From: Candidatus Omnitrophota bacterium
Lineage (GTDB): Bacteria > Omnitrophota > Gorgyraeia > B26-G9
Assembly (NCBI GenBank): GCA_043826565.1
Contig: JBDRPX010000003.1
Location: 3,614-67,613, forward strand
Reading direction: 5' to 3'
DNA length: 64,000 nt
How positions within the stretch are numbered: position 1 is the stretch's first letter; each line of letters opens with the position of its first letter. Shown here piece by piece: positions 54,165-63,998 of the stretch. The notes under the pieces were generated by a model. The model did no database searches, had not been told where the DNA came from, and saw nothing but the letters and a program-made list of their open reading frames with translations. The position numbers and the translations under genes are program-made.

Positions 54165-55421
54165 ATGAAAAGACTGGGACTTGTTATATTTTTATGTTTC
54201 TTTGTAATGGCCGGCTGCGGGGACAAGGGCCCTAAAAAGGATAGGATAAGCATAGAGCAATTGCCTAATGGGCATTATCGTTTACTTCTTAATAAGGAAC
54301 TGTTTATTGTTAAGGGAGTTTGCTATGCTCCGGTTCCGATTGGAAAAAGCCATCTTTTCAATTTTACATGTGATCCTAACCGTCCCTGGATAGCTGACGG
54401 AAAGCTGATGCAAGACATGGGGGTAAATACTATTCGTCTATACCAGGCGGGTGACGAGTTGGGGACTTGTAAAGAGATGATCGAGGACCTATATAAGCTT
54501 TACGGGATAAGAACGATTATGGGCCATAGCCTGGGGTTTTGGGATTATCCGCCGCCAAATTATGGAGACCAGCAGTTTCTTGATGAAGTCACGGAAAGCG
54601 TAATAAGTATGGTTATGTATTTTAAAGATACTCCCGGCATCCTGATTTGGAACTTAGGGAATGAAAATAATTATAGTTTTGACGGCCGGATCAATCCCTG
54701 GACAACTCCGGAAATAGATGCTATGGAAAGTTATCGGGACCAGACTGATGAAAGAGCCAGGCTGTATTATAGTTTTGTAAATCAGCTTGCCGGGAAAATA
54801 AAGCAAATCGATAAATATCACCCGGTATCTTTGGGGAACGGGGAAACTGTGGGGTTAAAGATTGCCGCGCAGAATTGTCCGGAGGTGGATCTTTTAGGCT
54901 GCATTGTCTACCGGGGCAAAGTATTCGGTACATTTTTTAAAGAAGTAAAACGTAAGTTTGATAAGCCGGTAGTTTTAACGGAATTCGGCTGTGATGCTTT
55001 TAATGCGGAAAAACAAAAAGAAGATCAGAAAAATCAGGCAAAATTTTTAAAAAGCCAGTGGCTGGATATAGAAAAAAATCTCGCCGGCAATGAAGGTATC
55101 GGTAATTGTATCGGCGGAGCAGTATTTGAATGGACTGATGAATGGTGGAAGACTTCCGAAAGCGACCGGGACAGCTGGCTGGTGCATGATACCAGTGCCG
55201 GATGGGGCATGGGAGCGTATGATTTTGACGCCCGGGCCGGGAAGAATATGAATGAAGAATGGTTTGGAATTGTCGCCTTGTCTGAAGAATTAGAAGATGG
55301 TATCAATAAAAGAATTCCGCGTAAAGCGTATTTTGAATTAAGAGAGTTATGGAAGGAACCAGAGACTAGTTACAAGTCTCAAGCCGCAAGTCACAAGTTG
55401 AAGAAAAAAGATAAAAAATAA
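54165..55421 (+). CDS. Lipoprotein clan GH-A glycosidase, paralog of 49927-51822
   Basis: The ORF track begins at TTG 54135. ATG 54165 has an AAAGGA RBS and yields the lipobox MKRLGLVIFLCFFVMAGCG. WNLGNENNYSF and VLTEFGCDAF catalytic motifs. C-terminal SYKSQAASHK tail. Confidence 0.7.
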   Translation: MKRLGLVIFLCFFVMAGCGDKGPKKDRISIEQLPNGHYRLLLNKELFIVKGVCYAPVPIGKSHLFNFTCDPNRPWIADGKLMQDMGVNTIRLYQAGDELGTCKEMIEDLYKLYGIRTIMGHSLGFWDYPPPNYGDQQFLDEVTESVISMVMYFKDTPGILIWNLGNENNYSFDGRINPWTTPEIDAMESYRDQTDERARLYYSFVNQLAGKIKQIDKYHPVSLGNGETVGLKIAAQNCPEVDLLGCIVYRGKVFGTFFKEVKRKFDKPVVLTEFGCDAFNAEKQKEDQKNQAKFLKSQWLDIEKNLAGNEGIGNCIGGAVFEWTDEWWKTSESDRDSWLVHDTSAGWGMGAYDFDARAGKNMNEEWFGIVALSEELEDGINKRIPRKAYFELRELWKEPETSYKSQAASHKLKKKDKK

Positions 55422-55525
55422 ATGGCAAATTGCAGATTAAATAGGTATTTCAAAAATTTTATATTTGGTTTTTTACATTACACGTTACACTTTTAACTTT
55501 ACACAGATAAAGAAGGGTTGTTGTT

Positions 55526-57355
55526 ATGAAGAGAGTTAATATTGTTTTGCTTGTACTTGGGGGAATGCTGCTTTTATGCGCAGCAGAAGTTAGAGCTGCG
55601 GATAACCCGTCTGCTGATGAAGCATTCCTTAAAAGACTTACCGAAACAGTATCAAATTTTTTGAAAGACGAACAATTTCTGGAGGCAGTAGAGTATTTGG
55701 ATAAGATGCATCAGCAAAAGGATGCCGGAGAGGTCAATGATCTTTTCTACATAGAATATTATATACTGCTGACAAAATCCCAATACCTTGATTATTTGGC
55801 GATCAAGGAAGATTGGCAGGATTACTATAATTCCTATCATGATTTAGATACGCAAATAATCAATAAAGCTAAACAGCTTGTGGATAAATATCCTTTAGCG
55901 ATGACATCGATAGATATTCAGTACTTAGCCTGGAAAGCATATGTGCGGGAAGAGGATGAAGCGGAAAGTTCTGTTTTTGATAAACTGGTGAGCATGGTTA
56001 TTTCTTATACCGCAAAAAAAGGGGATATTGTTAAATTTAAAGAAGTTGCGGATCTGGTGGGCCATGAGTCAGGCGGTGCTTATTTAGAAAAATTGTTTAA
56101 GGGATATCAGGATTATCTTATTAGTAAAAAAGCCGATATCCCCGGTATTGAAAGTTTAGCGGAAATTGCGCAACGCTATATGGAAGAAGGCCGCAATGAT
56201 ATGTCCCGGGTTGTCTATGAACGGTATATGAGCCTTATTCGAGGGCGTTATCCCCGGGAACAGGGGATTGCCAAGCTTTCCTTGGTTGCGGATAAGTTTC
56301 GGGCGGATGGCTTTTCTCAAGCTAAAGATGCCGAGTTCGCGGAAATTGTCTACTCTTATATAGAGGAGCATTTCGGTAGTGATGCTTTAGCAGAAAAAGA
56401 AGTTTTTTCCCGGGCCTATAATTTAGAACTTAGCGGTAATTATGAAAGAGCTGTTGAAGAGTATAAAAAGTTTGTTAAAACATATAAAGAAAGTGATTTT
56501 TTAGCCGAAGCCTATTCTCGCTTAGGTATAATTAATTTCTATGTTTTGGCTGCGCCGGAACAGGCAATTGCTTTTTTCCAGAAAGCTATGGATATATCTC
56601 CGGAATCACCGTTAGTATTGTTATGTATTTATGAAACAGCATTGTATTTTCAGTGGAAAGAAGAAAATGAGAAGGCCAGGGAGCTTTATACCCGTTTAGT
56701 AGAAAGCAATGATAACTTAGCTGCTTTGGCAAAACAGCGTTTAGAAGAAATCGATTCCGGGGCCGGGATGCCGGAGAATCTTAAAAATTTATTTAATATT
56801 ATATTTACGCCGGTTCAAGAGTCTACAGTAGTCTTGACTTTAACCGCAGAGCCGGAGAAGAGTTTTGTAAATCAGCCGGTTAAAATTATTGCCACGGCAC
56901 AGGATTTTGCGGCCGGAACAGTTCAGCCTTTATTTGTCTATGATTGGTTAAGAGATACCGGTAAAACAATTAATCCCGGGAATGTAACGGAATTCACTAC
57001 GGAATATGAATCTGCCGGGCCGAAAGTTGTTTGTTTTATCGCCACTTTAGGGGATTCTAAGTCGGCGATATGCCGGGCTCCGGTTGTTTATGATGTTAAA
57101 ATCTCTTCTCCCCTAAAAGGAGCGGTTTTAAAAATAGGAGAGCAAATTGATTTTAAAGCGGAATTTTTCCCCTTCACTTACGAAGATGAAAAAGTTACCT
57201 GGCAGTGGAATATCAGCGGCCCGGAAACAATTTCCGGAGCGGGTAAGGTTTTTTCGGGTGTTTTAAATACCCTGGGTACATATACCGGAGAATTAAAGGG
57301 TTCTCTGGGTGCGGCGCATCAGATAAAGAAATTTGATTTCAAAATCGGGGAATAA
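55526..57355 (+). CDS. Hypothetical secreted protein (609 aa)
   Basis: Signal peptide MKRVNIVLLVLGGMLLLCAAEVRA. Helical repeat-rich N-terminal half and a beta-rich C-terminal region. No family recognised. Confidence 0.6.
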   Translation: MKRVNIVLLVLGGMLLLCAAEVRAADNPSADEAFLKRLTETVSNFLKDEQFLEAVEYLDKMHQQKDAGEVNDLFYIEYYILLTKSQYLDYLAIKEDWQDYYNSYHDLDTQIINKAKQLVDKYPLAMTSIDIQYLAWKAYVREEDEAESSVFDKLVSMVISYTAKKGDIVKFKEVADLVGHESGGAYLEKLFKGYQDYLISKKADIPGIESLAEIAQRYMEEGRNDMSRVVYERYMSLIRGRYPREQGIAKLSLVADKFRADGFSQAKDAEFAEIVYSYIEEHFGSDALAEKEVFSRAYNLELSGNYERAVEEYKKFVKTYKESDFLAEAYSRLGIINFYVLAAPEQAIAFFQKAMDISPESPLVLLCIYETALYFQWKEENEKARELYTRLVESNDNLAALAKQRLEEIDSGAGMPENLKNLFNIIFTPVQESTVVLTLTAEPEKSFVNQPVKIIATAQDFAAGTVQPLFVYDWLRDTGKTINPGNVTEFTTEYESAGPKVVCFIATLGDSKSAICRAPVVYDVKISSPLKGAVLKIGEQIDFKAEFFPFTYEDEKVTWQWNISGPETISGAGKVFSGVLNTLGTYTGELKGSLGAAHQIKKFDFKIGE

Positions 57356-57373
57356 TCGCGGGATCATATTATA

Positions 57374-59344
57374 ATGAAGAATACAGATAGAAGAAAATAC
57401 ATCCGCTTAAACAAGATTTTTCCTGTTGAAATTCAGGTCATTGACCTTCAAAACAAACCGATAAGTGATCTTTTGCAGGGATTTACCAGAGATGTCGGGT
57501 TTGAAGGTGTCTGTGTGGAAATTAATAATTTAAAAGAATCCTATCGGGAAGTGCTTAGCAATAAACAAGCAAAGCTTCTGCTTTTTATTAATATCCCTTT
57601 TAAACATAAGCCGGTAAAAGCAATAGCCCAGTTAACGTGGATGCAAAGAGCGGCTAAACCTTACGCGGATAGTTATCGTTTAGGCCTTAGCTATGAATTT
57701 ATAAGTATCCCGGAACAAAAACATATAATGCGGCATGCCCGGTTTACAAAATATTTTCCGCGTTTTTTAGCGGTATGTTTTCTGTTTTGTTTTATGTTTG
57801 CCGGGTATTTACTGTTTGAAAATATAAAACTTACCCAGGATAATAAGGCCCTGGTGCTGAAACTTACGGCTCTTTCTGAAAAACAGGCTCAGATAAATAC
57901 ATCTTTGGATAAGATCCAGGCAGAAAAAGTTGTGGTTGCCGGGTTATTAAAGAATATCGCTCTCAGCAGGAGGCAATTGGAAGCTCAGATCACTTCTTTA
58001 GAACAAAAACAAAGAGAGAAGGAAATACAGGCCATAGAGGTATATGACCGTCAGACCATAGATTTACTTATCAGTCAGCGTAAAGGAGCGGAACATAAAC
58101 TATCGCTGGTTATGAAAGAAAAGCTTCAGTTAGAAGAGAAATTAAATGATTATAATGAAAGTGAGAGGGGATTAAAAATGGAACTGGCCGCGCTTCAAGG
58201 AAAAAAGAAGGTTTTGGCAAACCGAAGCTTAGAATTAATGTATCAGTGGATTGTCTCGTCTCAGAGCAGTAAGACCGGGCTGGTGGGCAGTTATGATAAT
58301 GATATTAAGTTTATGGATGTGGGCTTTACTTATGATCAGGCTTTAAGCGCGTTTACATTTATTAATTATGAAGAATATAAAAAAGCAAAAGATATATTTA
58401 ATTTTTTTAAAGACACAGCGCAAAGATTTGACGGCGGATTTGCCAATGCCTATGATATTATTACCGGGAAAGTATCCGAGTATATTGTGCATACCGGCCC
58501 CTCTATTTATCTGGGGCTGGCGATGATGCATTATCAGGATAATACCAGTAAAGATACTTATCTGGAATTGACCCGGGAAATCGGAGACTGGCTGTTAATT
58601 CTGCAGAAGGAAGAGTTCAAAGGGGCTTTGCCCGGAGGCCCGGAGTTAACCTGGACCAGTACTGAGCAGAATATTGCCGGATATGTGTTTTTAAATAAAT
58701 TATTTAAAATTACCAGAGAGAAAAAATATAAAATAGCCGCGGATAAGATATTTTACTGGATAAAAAATACCGCTTATAACAGTAAGCTGAAAAGATTTAA
58801 CCGGGGAGAAGGTGACCGGATGATCGCGACGGATACCGTGGCTTTGAGCATTCTGGCGTTTGGCCCGGAGCGTTTGAAAAATATGGGAGTTTCCGTGGAT
58901 GATCTTTTAAATTGTGTTGAAGAGAATTGCCGGGCCAGAGTTAATTATGTGAATATGTTCGGTAAAAATGTAAGTGTTACCGGTTATGATTTTTGCAGTC
59001 CGTCCAGTATCAGCAGATCCGGGGTGATCTGTGTGGAGTGGACAGCGCAGATGGTTGTGGCGTTTAAGGAATTAAGTAATTATTACTTAAGACATGATGA
59101 TGCGGCCAAAGCTAAGGAGTTTATGCGTCAGGCTGAGTATTATATCGGAGAACTGGACAAACTTTTACTGATACGTTCAACCGGATTCGGCGCGAGAAAA
59201 GGCATGGCGGGTTTGCCGTACGCGACGCACAGCGGAGTGGATACCGGCCATGGGTGGGTTACTCCGGATAATATTTCGATTTCCGCGGCCGGGACAAATT
59301 TTGCAATTCTCGCTAAAGAAGAGTATAATATTTTTAGACAGTAA
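57374..59344 (+). CDS. PilZ domain fused to a TM helix, a coiled coil and a six-hairpin glycosidase/epimerase-like domain
   Basis: N-terminal DRRKYIRL and TRDVGFEGV PilZ motifs. TM helix FLAVCFLFCFMFAGYLLF. A coiled coil follows, then FDGGF...ITREKKYKIAADKIFYWI motifs shared with the giant protein. Confidence 0.6.
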   Translation: MKNTDRRKYIRLNKIFPVEIQVIDLQNKPISDLLQGFTRDVGFEGVCVEINNLKESYREVLSNKQAKLLLFINIPFKHKPVKAIAQLTWMQRAAKPYADSYRLGLSYEFISIPEQKHIMRHARFTKYFPRFLAVCFLFCFMFAGYLLFENIKLTQDNKALVLKLTALSEKQAQINTSLDKIQAEKVVVAGLLKNIALSRRQLEAQITSLEQKQREKEIQAIEVYDRQTIDLLISQRKGAEHKLSLVMKEKLQLEEKLNDYNESERGLKMELAALQGKKKVLANRSLELMYQWIVSSQSSKTGLVGSYDNDIKFMDVGFTYDQALSAFTFINYEEYKKAKDIFNFFKDTAQRFDGGFANAYDIITGKVSEYIVHTGPSIYLGLAMMHYQDNTSKDTYLELTREIGDWLLILQKEEFKGALPGGPELTWTSTEQNIAGYVFLNKLFKITREKKYKIAADKIFYWIKNTAYNSKLKRFNRGEGDRMIATDTVALSILAFGPERLKNMGVSVDDLLNCVEENCRARVNYVNMFGKNVSVTGYDFCSPSSISRSGVICVEWTAQMVVAFKELSNYYLRHDDAAKAKEFMRQAEYYIGELDKLLLIRSTGFGARKGMAGLPYATHSGVDTGHGWVTPDNISISAAGTNFAILAKEEYNIFRQ

Positions 59345-59355
59345 ATCCAAGGACG

Positions 59356-61542
59356 GTGTTAAAATTGAAAAAAGTTATTTTTCTCTGTATCTGTGTATTA
59401 TTATTAAGGGGAATTTGTCTGGGGCAGGATTTATCTGAGACAGAAACACTGGATGAAGAAGAGTATAATCCTCTAAATGAATATGATGACCTGCTGCTTG
59501 AACCGGTAGTGCAGGGAAGCTTTCGTTTCAATTTTGGGTTTGAAGATAGTGAAGGTATCGTTAAGAAAGCTAATTATTCACAGCAGGAAGAGACCTGGCG
59601 GTATCTATTCGGGGAAGATAAATACAATACCTATGACCCGGCGATTTTTAATCAGTTTAAATTAAGTATTCTTAGCCCGATCGATGAAAGATTATCGGTT
59701 TATACAAAGATAGTTATTGATCCGTGGGCTTTTGTCGGCACTTCCCAAACCATAACTCTTCCTACCTGGTATGGAGCCGGTGATGCGAATGACCCGGTGG
59801 AACTTCAGCTTAAATACTTCTCCAGTAATACCCGCACATACGCGCAAACCGTGCGTTCAGCATCCGGGGATTCTTTTGATCTGCCGGAATCAAAAGTCGT
59901 TAAAGGAAACTCCCGTCCGGGGAGTGACCTGGGATCTTTCGGTTTTGGAACACATCGTTTGGATATCCCGGAGTTGGATATTGACATGGAATTTAAACCT
60001 ATAAGATCTTTCTGGCTTGATTTCCGGGAAGATGAATACCGGGTAAGATTTTTTCTTTACGCGGAAGATTCTATGGGATTGTATTTTGATGATCCGTTAC
60101 GTTTGTGCGGTAATCACATAAACTGGGAACCAAGTCCCTGGTTTGATAAATGGCAGCCGGGAAGACTTTATACGGCCACCGGATGGGCCAGGGGAGAATG
60201 GATCAGAGATTATTTATTGAGAAACAGCCAGGAGGAATTTCTTAATCTATTGCGGGGAATCCGGCTGGATATAAATGGGATCGAGTATGACGGAAGTTTT
60301 ATGATCGCCGCTCCGGTTGACCCCTGGGAAGATTATGATGATATTAATAATGTGCCGGTGGCATTAAGGTTAAAAAAGCATATTAGTGATGAGCTTACTC
60401 TCGGTACACTTTATACAGCCCGGACCGGATATAATAAAGATAGTTTAGATGCTTTTGACCAGGTTTTAGGTATTGATTCTAAATTAAAATTTTTAGATGA
60501 ATATTCACTGGCTTTAGAAACTGCGGTTTCTAAAAACGGCCGGCATCTTAATGATGAAGATTTTAAGACCTATGAAGATGATTTTGCGTATGCGGCGATT
60601 TTCGGGGCGAATATTCAGCCGTTTGAACTTAATCTGGCTTCCAAGCTTTCCTATGTGTATATGGGCCGGGAATTTGACCCGCCCTTGTCAAATTATGATC
60701 AAACCCGTAATGATCAGTCCTGGGGAGAGCATATCTGGTTTTCTAACCGAAGCCGTGCCGAAGAAACCTACCGGATCGGAAATAGTATTGACCAGGACCG
60801 GAAAGTAGCGGCTTTAGCCATGAATCTGGGGCCTATGGAAGGATTTAATTACTTTTTTGATCTGCGTAATGTCCGTACAGCTTGTGATGATGCGTTTGTG
60901 GAAAATGTATTCCGGAATGAGATGTCTTATAAAGCGGATAAGAATTTATTATACAAATTTTTATATATTTTTAATAAACGTCCGAAAACAACTGAGGGAA
61001 AGCAGCAGGATACAAATACTGTTTCCGGCGGCGTTAAATATGATTTCCTCGAAGATTTTAGTATTGAGGAAATTTTAGAGCGGACCAATAAGTATCCGGC
61101 TTATCCGGGTGAACTTTATGACTGGCTGACGATTAATCCGATAGCGCCGTATCCGTATTACTCTATGTCTAAAACAAGGTTGATCTATAACCCTTATCAT
61201 TGGGTAGAGGTGGCTTTTGAACATACTTATAATGAGTTTGATCACGCGACAACCCTGGATGACTTTATGAACTATTCCGGAATAGACGCGTTTTTCCGGC
61301 CGTTTGATGATTTGACGGCCCGGTTTGTGTACCGGTACAGCCGGGTGGCGGATTACTCAGATAACAATAATGTCAAAGGCCATCATAATTTTTATGTTGA
61401 CCTTATGTATGATCTGGATGAAGATGCTCAGATCGGGATCAGATTTAGTGAAATTGTCAGTGACTTTTACGGTTTAGGATGGGAATCCACGGTTTTAGAT
61501 ACTCAGAAGATTATCCGCGTAGTTTACCAGGGAAAATTCTAA
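59356..61542 (+). CDS. Probable outer-membrane beta-barrel protein (728 aa)
   Basis: GTG start (TTG 59365 is an alternative). Signal peptide. Alternating-hydrophobicity Y/F-rich strands. C-terminal ...VVYQGKF ends in Phe, the classic OMP C-terminal signature. Confidence 0.5.
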   Translation: MLKLKKVIFLCICVLLLRGICLGQDLSETETLDEEEYNPLNEYDDLLLEPVVQGSFRFNFGFEDSEGIVKKANYSQQEETWRYLFGEDKYNTYDPAIFNQFKLSILSPIDERLSVYTKIVIDPWAFVGTSQTITLPTWYGAGDANDPVELQLKYFSSNTRTYAQTVRSASGDSFDLPESKVVKGNSRPGSDLGSFGFGTHRLDIPELDIDMEFKPIRSFWLDFREDEYRVRFFLYAEDSMGLYFDDPLRLCGNHINWEPSPWFDKWQPGRLYTATGWARGEWIRDYLLRNSQEEFLNLLRGIRLDINGIEYDGSFMIAAPVDPWEDYDDINNVPVALRLKKHISDELTLGTLYTARTGYNKDSLDAFDQVLGIDSKLKFLDEYSLALETAVSKNGRHLNDEDFKTYEDDFAYAAIFGANIQPFELNLASKLSYVYMGREFDPPLSNYDQTRNDQSWGEHIWFSNRSRAEETYRIGNSIDQDRKVAALAMNLGPMEGFNYFFDLRNVRTACDDAFVENVFRNEMSYKADKNLLYKFLYIFNKRPKTTEGKQQDTNTVSGGVKYDFLEDFSIEEILERTNKYPAYPGELYDWLTINPIAPYPYYSMSKTRLIYNPYHWVEVAFEHTYNEFDHATTLDDFMNYSGIDAFFRPFDDLTARFVYRYSRVADYSDNNNVKGHHNFYVDLMYDLDEDAQIGIRFSEIVSDFYGLGWESTVLDTQKIIRVVYQGKF

Positions 61543-62189
61543 TGAACAAAAAAGGTCTTACTCTTATTGAAATCCTTGTTTCCATGGGGATTTTAGTTAT
61601 GCTGGTAGCGATTTTATATTCTGTGTTTAGTCTGGCTTTACGCGGCTGGAAAAAATCCGATAATATGCTGGAAAACTCAGCCCAAGCCCGCACCATCTTA
61701 GAACGTATGTCCCGGGAAATATCTTCGGCTGTAGTTAAGCCTTCTGCGGGAATTCAATGCCGGGGATATAATACCGGAAGCGGCATAAAATCTAATAGTA
61801 TTGCGGATGAGTTTTTCTTTATTGCACCGCTTAAGCAGGATAATAAAGATGGTTCGGATCTGTGTGAAGTTGGTTATTGGCTGGATAATACTAATGCTTT
61901 ACGACGACATTATAAAATTGATGAAAGAGGAGCCGGAAGTTCCGAACTGGATTTTAATTTTTCCACGGGAACGAGCAATACTTTTGCCGAAGAAATTACG
62001 GATCTGCAGTTTGAATACTACTCGGGGAGTGACCTGGTAAATCCGGTTATGGCCTGGGATTCACAGACAGACGGCGTTCCGGCAAAGATCAAGATAACGA
62101 TTACAGTGGAAACCGGAAAAGGCTCAGCAGTGACAAATCCCGATTTTTTATCCCGCAGTTATAGTGTTATTGTATCACTTCCTCAATAA
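61542..62189 (+). CDS. Prepilin-type N-terminal cleavage/methylation domain protein (T2SS pseudopilin or T4P minor pilin-like)
   Basis: ATG 61542 overlaps the upstream TAA (TAATG). MNKKGLTLIEILVSMGILVMLVAIL has the G|(L/F)TLIE prepilin motif with a Glu at position +5. Confidence 0.7.
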   Translation: MNKKGLTLIEILVSMGILVMLVAILYSVFSLALRGWKKSDNMLENSAQARTILERMSREISSAVVKPSAGIQCRGYNTGSGIKSNSIADEFFFIAPLKQDNKDGSDLCEVGYWLDNTNALRRHYKIDERGAGSSELDFNFSTGTSNTFAEEITDLQFEYYSGSDLVNPVMAWDSQTDGVPAKIKITITVETGKGSAVTNPDFLSRSYSVIVSLPQ

Positions 62190-62256
62190 TGCCCAAATAT
62201 TGTGCATTTAAACTCATAACATATTTATTACCAATAGGTTAAGTTTTAAAAATTAT

Positions 62257-62285
62257 TTGCAATTTCCGCTTATGTGTGGTATACT
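62257..62285 (+). promoter_or_regulatory. Sigma70-like promoter upstream of 62335
   Basis: TTGCAA (62257-62262), 17-nt spacer, TATACT (62280-62285). Confidence 0.55.
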
Positions 62286-62334
62286 TACTCGTCTTTTACA
62301 AAATTGCAAATTTTTAGCATTTTAAAAGGAGTTT

Positions 62335-63813
62335 ATGATAATGATTTCTAGTATTACCAAGAAAAAATGGTTTAAAACTATATCTTTTTTGCTGATCCAT
62401 GCTTTTTTACTTCTGGATATTGCCTGGGCCGGGGGAACAGAGATATTGTCTAGTAAAAATAATGATTGTTTGTCTCCGATGGTACAGATCGGCAATGATT
62501 CTTTGCAGGTTTATTTTAATTCTGCTTATGACGTTCCATCGTCCGCGCGTACTGCCCGGATGCCTGGGCATTATAAATATAAAAACTCTATATTAAAAAA
62601 ACTAATTGTATTTAATCAGGCAAAAATTGCCAGTATTGGGGATTCAACGAAGCGATATGTAAATAGAATTAAATATCTGGTCCCGGTTCTTTTACTGCTT
62701 TGCGCGCTGGTCTATGGTTTTTTCCATTGGGACAAGTTATCTCCGTTCGGTAAAAAAGCGTTATCTTTTTTTCCGGTGATCATCGGGATAATTCCCGTGG
62801 TGTTTTTGATCATAGCGGAATTTGTTCTAGAGGCTGGTTTCTATATACGTGATTATTTTAAAGACTTAATTGATTTATTTAAATATTCACAGGAAGACTA
62901 TTTTAAAAGCAGAGCAAAGCTTATAACAGACTTTCCGGATCCTTATCATCGGTCACCGTTCTTCTCGGTTACCGATGATAGTACTACTTCCCGTTGCCTG
63001 CGTTTGAAGGCGATCCATAACCGGCAGAAAAAAATAGAGGCTATAAAAATAATTGAAAAATTAGAGCCGGAGAATGCCGTAAGGCTGTTTCTTCATGGGA
63101 TAATCCGAGATCGAGAAAACGAGGTTGTTGAACAAGTAATAATTTCATTAAATAAATTAGGTTTGGATACGGAATTAGTTGTGCTGGCATGTTTAGCTAA
63201 TTATAGACGCGAGGCCATGGTTAAAATCCTACATAAACGTGACCAGGTGAGATTTGATGAATTAATGAAAAAATTTAAAACCTCAAAAGCCGAAAAAAGC
63301 GAACAAGCTAAAGAAAAATTCAAACAACATGCCCAAGATCAAAAGCTGGAAATTTTTTGCCGGGAAATTATTCCGGTTATGAATAATCTGGATTTTTCCA
63401 CAATCGAAAAATTGAGAATTATTTTCACCTTCAGCTCGAGTTATGCAGAGATTTTGCGGATATTAACAGGCTGGATGAAAAAATCCTTACAGGATGGATT
63501 TGAGTTTGACACCGCATCACTGGCCCGATTATTATCCGGCGCGGAAACAAGAGTAGATCTCGTGAGAATTTTACAATATGAAGAACAGCGTTTTGGGAAC
63601 AATACAAAGTATGTTCTTGACCGTTCCGGCCGGCATCTGGTTAGCCGCGTTTATTTTTCCGATCCGGATATAGTGACCGCTCAGGTAATTGATAAAACTC
63701 TTACTGATAGTAAGAAAGAAAGACAGGATCTGGATTTCTCATATACGCTACCGCAGCCTTGGTTAAATAAAATTACTTTTACCCAGGAATTGGCTGTTTT
63801 ACACTCAATTTAA
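62335..63813 (+). CDS. Leader-family membrane protein (492 aa)
   Basis: AAAGGAG RBS. Leader KKKWFKTISFLLIHAFLLLDIAWAGG followed by DCLSPMVQI. Internal TM helices. Confidence 0.7.
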   Translation: MIMISSITKKKWFKTISFLLIHAFLLLDIAWAGGTEILSSKNNDCLSPMVQIGNDSLQVYFNSAYDVPSSARTARMPGHYKYKNSILKKLIVFNQAKIASIGDSTKRYVNRIKYLVPVLLLLCALVYGFFHWDKLSPFGKKALSFFPVIIGIIPVVFLIIAEFVLEAGFYIRDYFKDLIDLFKYSQEDYFKSRAKLITDFPDPYHRSPFFSVTDDSTTSRCLRLKAIHNRQKKIEAIKIIEKLEPENAVRLFLHGIIRDRENEVVEQVIISLNKLGLDTELVVLACLANYRREAMVKILHKRDQVRFDELMKKFKTSKAEKSEQAKEKFKQHAQDQKLEIFCREIIPVMNNLDFSTIEKLRIIFTFSSSYAEILRILTGWMKKSLQDGFEFDTASLARLLSGAETRVDLVRILQYEEQRFGNNTKYVLDRSGRHLVSRVYFSDPDIVTAQVIDKTLTDSKKERQDLDFSYTLPQPWLNKITFTQELAVLHSI

Positions 63814-63904
63814 AAGCCCAAGTTGTCAGTCTTATCTTTCTAAAACCATAAAACCATTTCTCTAACCTGTTTGTTTTTAGTTGCTTATATTTACCCATTT
63901 TGCG

Positions 63905-63933
63905 TTGACAAATCCTGCCTTTTTTGATATATT
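63905..63933 (+). promoter_or_regulatory. Sigma70-like promoter directed at a gene beyond the window end
   Basis: TTGACA (63905-63910), 17-nt spacer, TATATT (63928-63933). Confidence 0.5.
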
Positions 63934-63981
63934 AAACCTATTATAAAATACGTTAATCCACCATTATCGCACCCTTTATCG

Positions 63982-63998
63982 CACCCCCGGGGTGAGGG
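63982..63998. repeat. Second copy of the GC-rich palindromic element CACCCCCGGGGTGAGGG
   Basis: Identical 17-mer to 6981-6997. It lies in the transcribed leader downstream of the 63905 promoter and is preceded by a duplicated ATCGCACCC motif. Confidence 0.6.
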
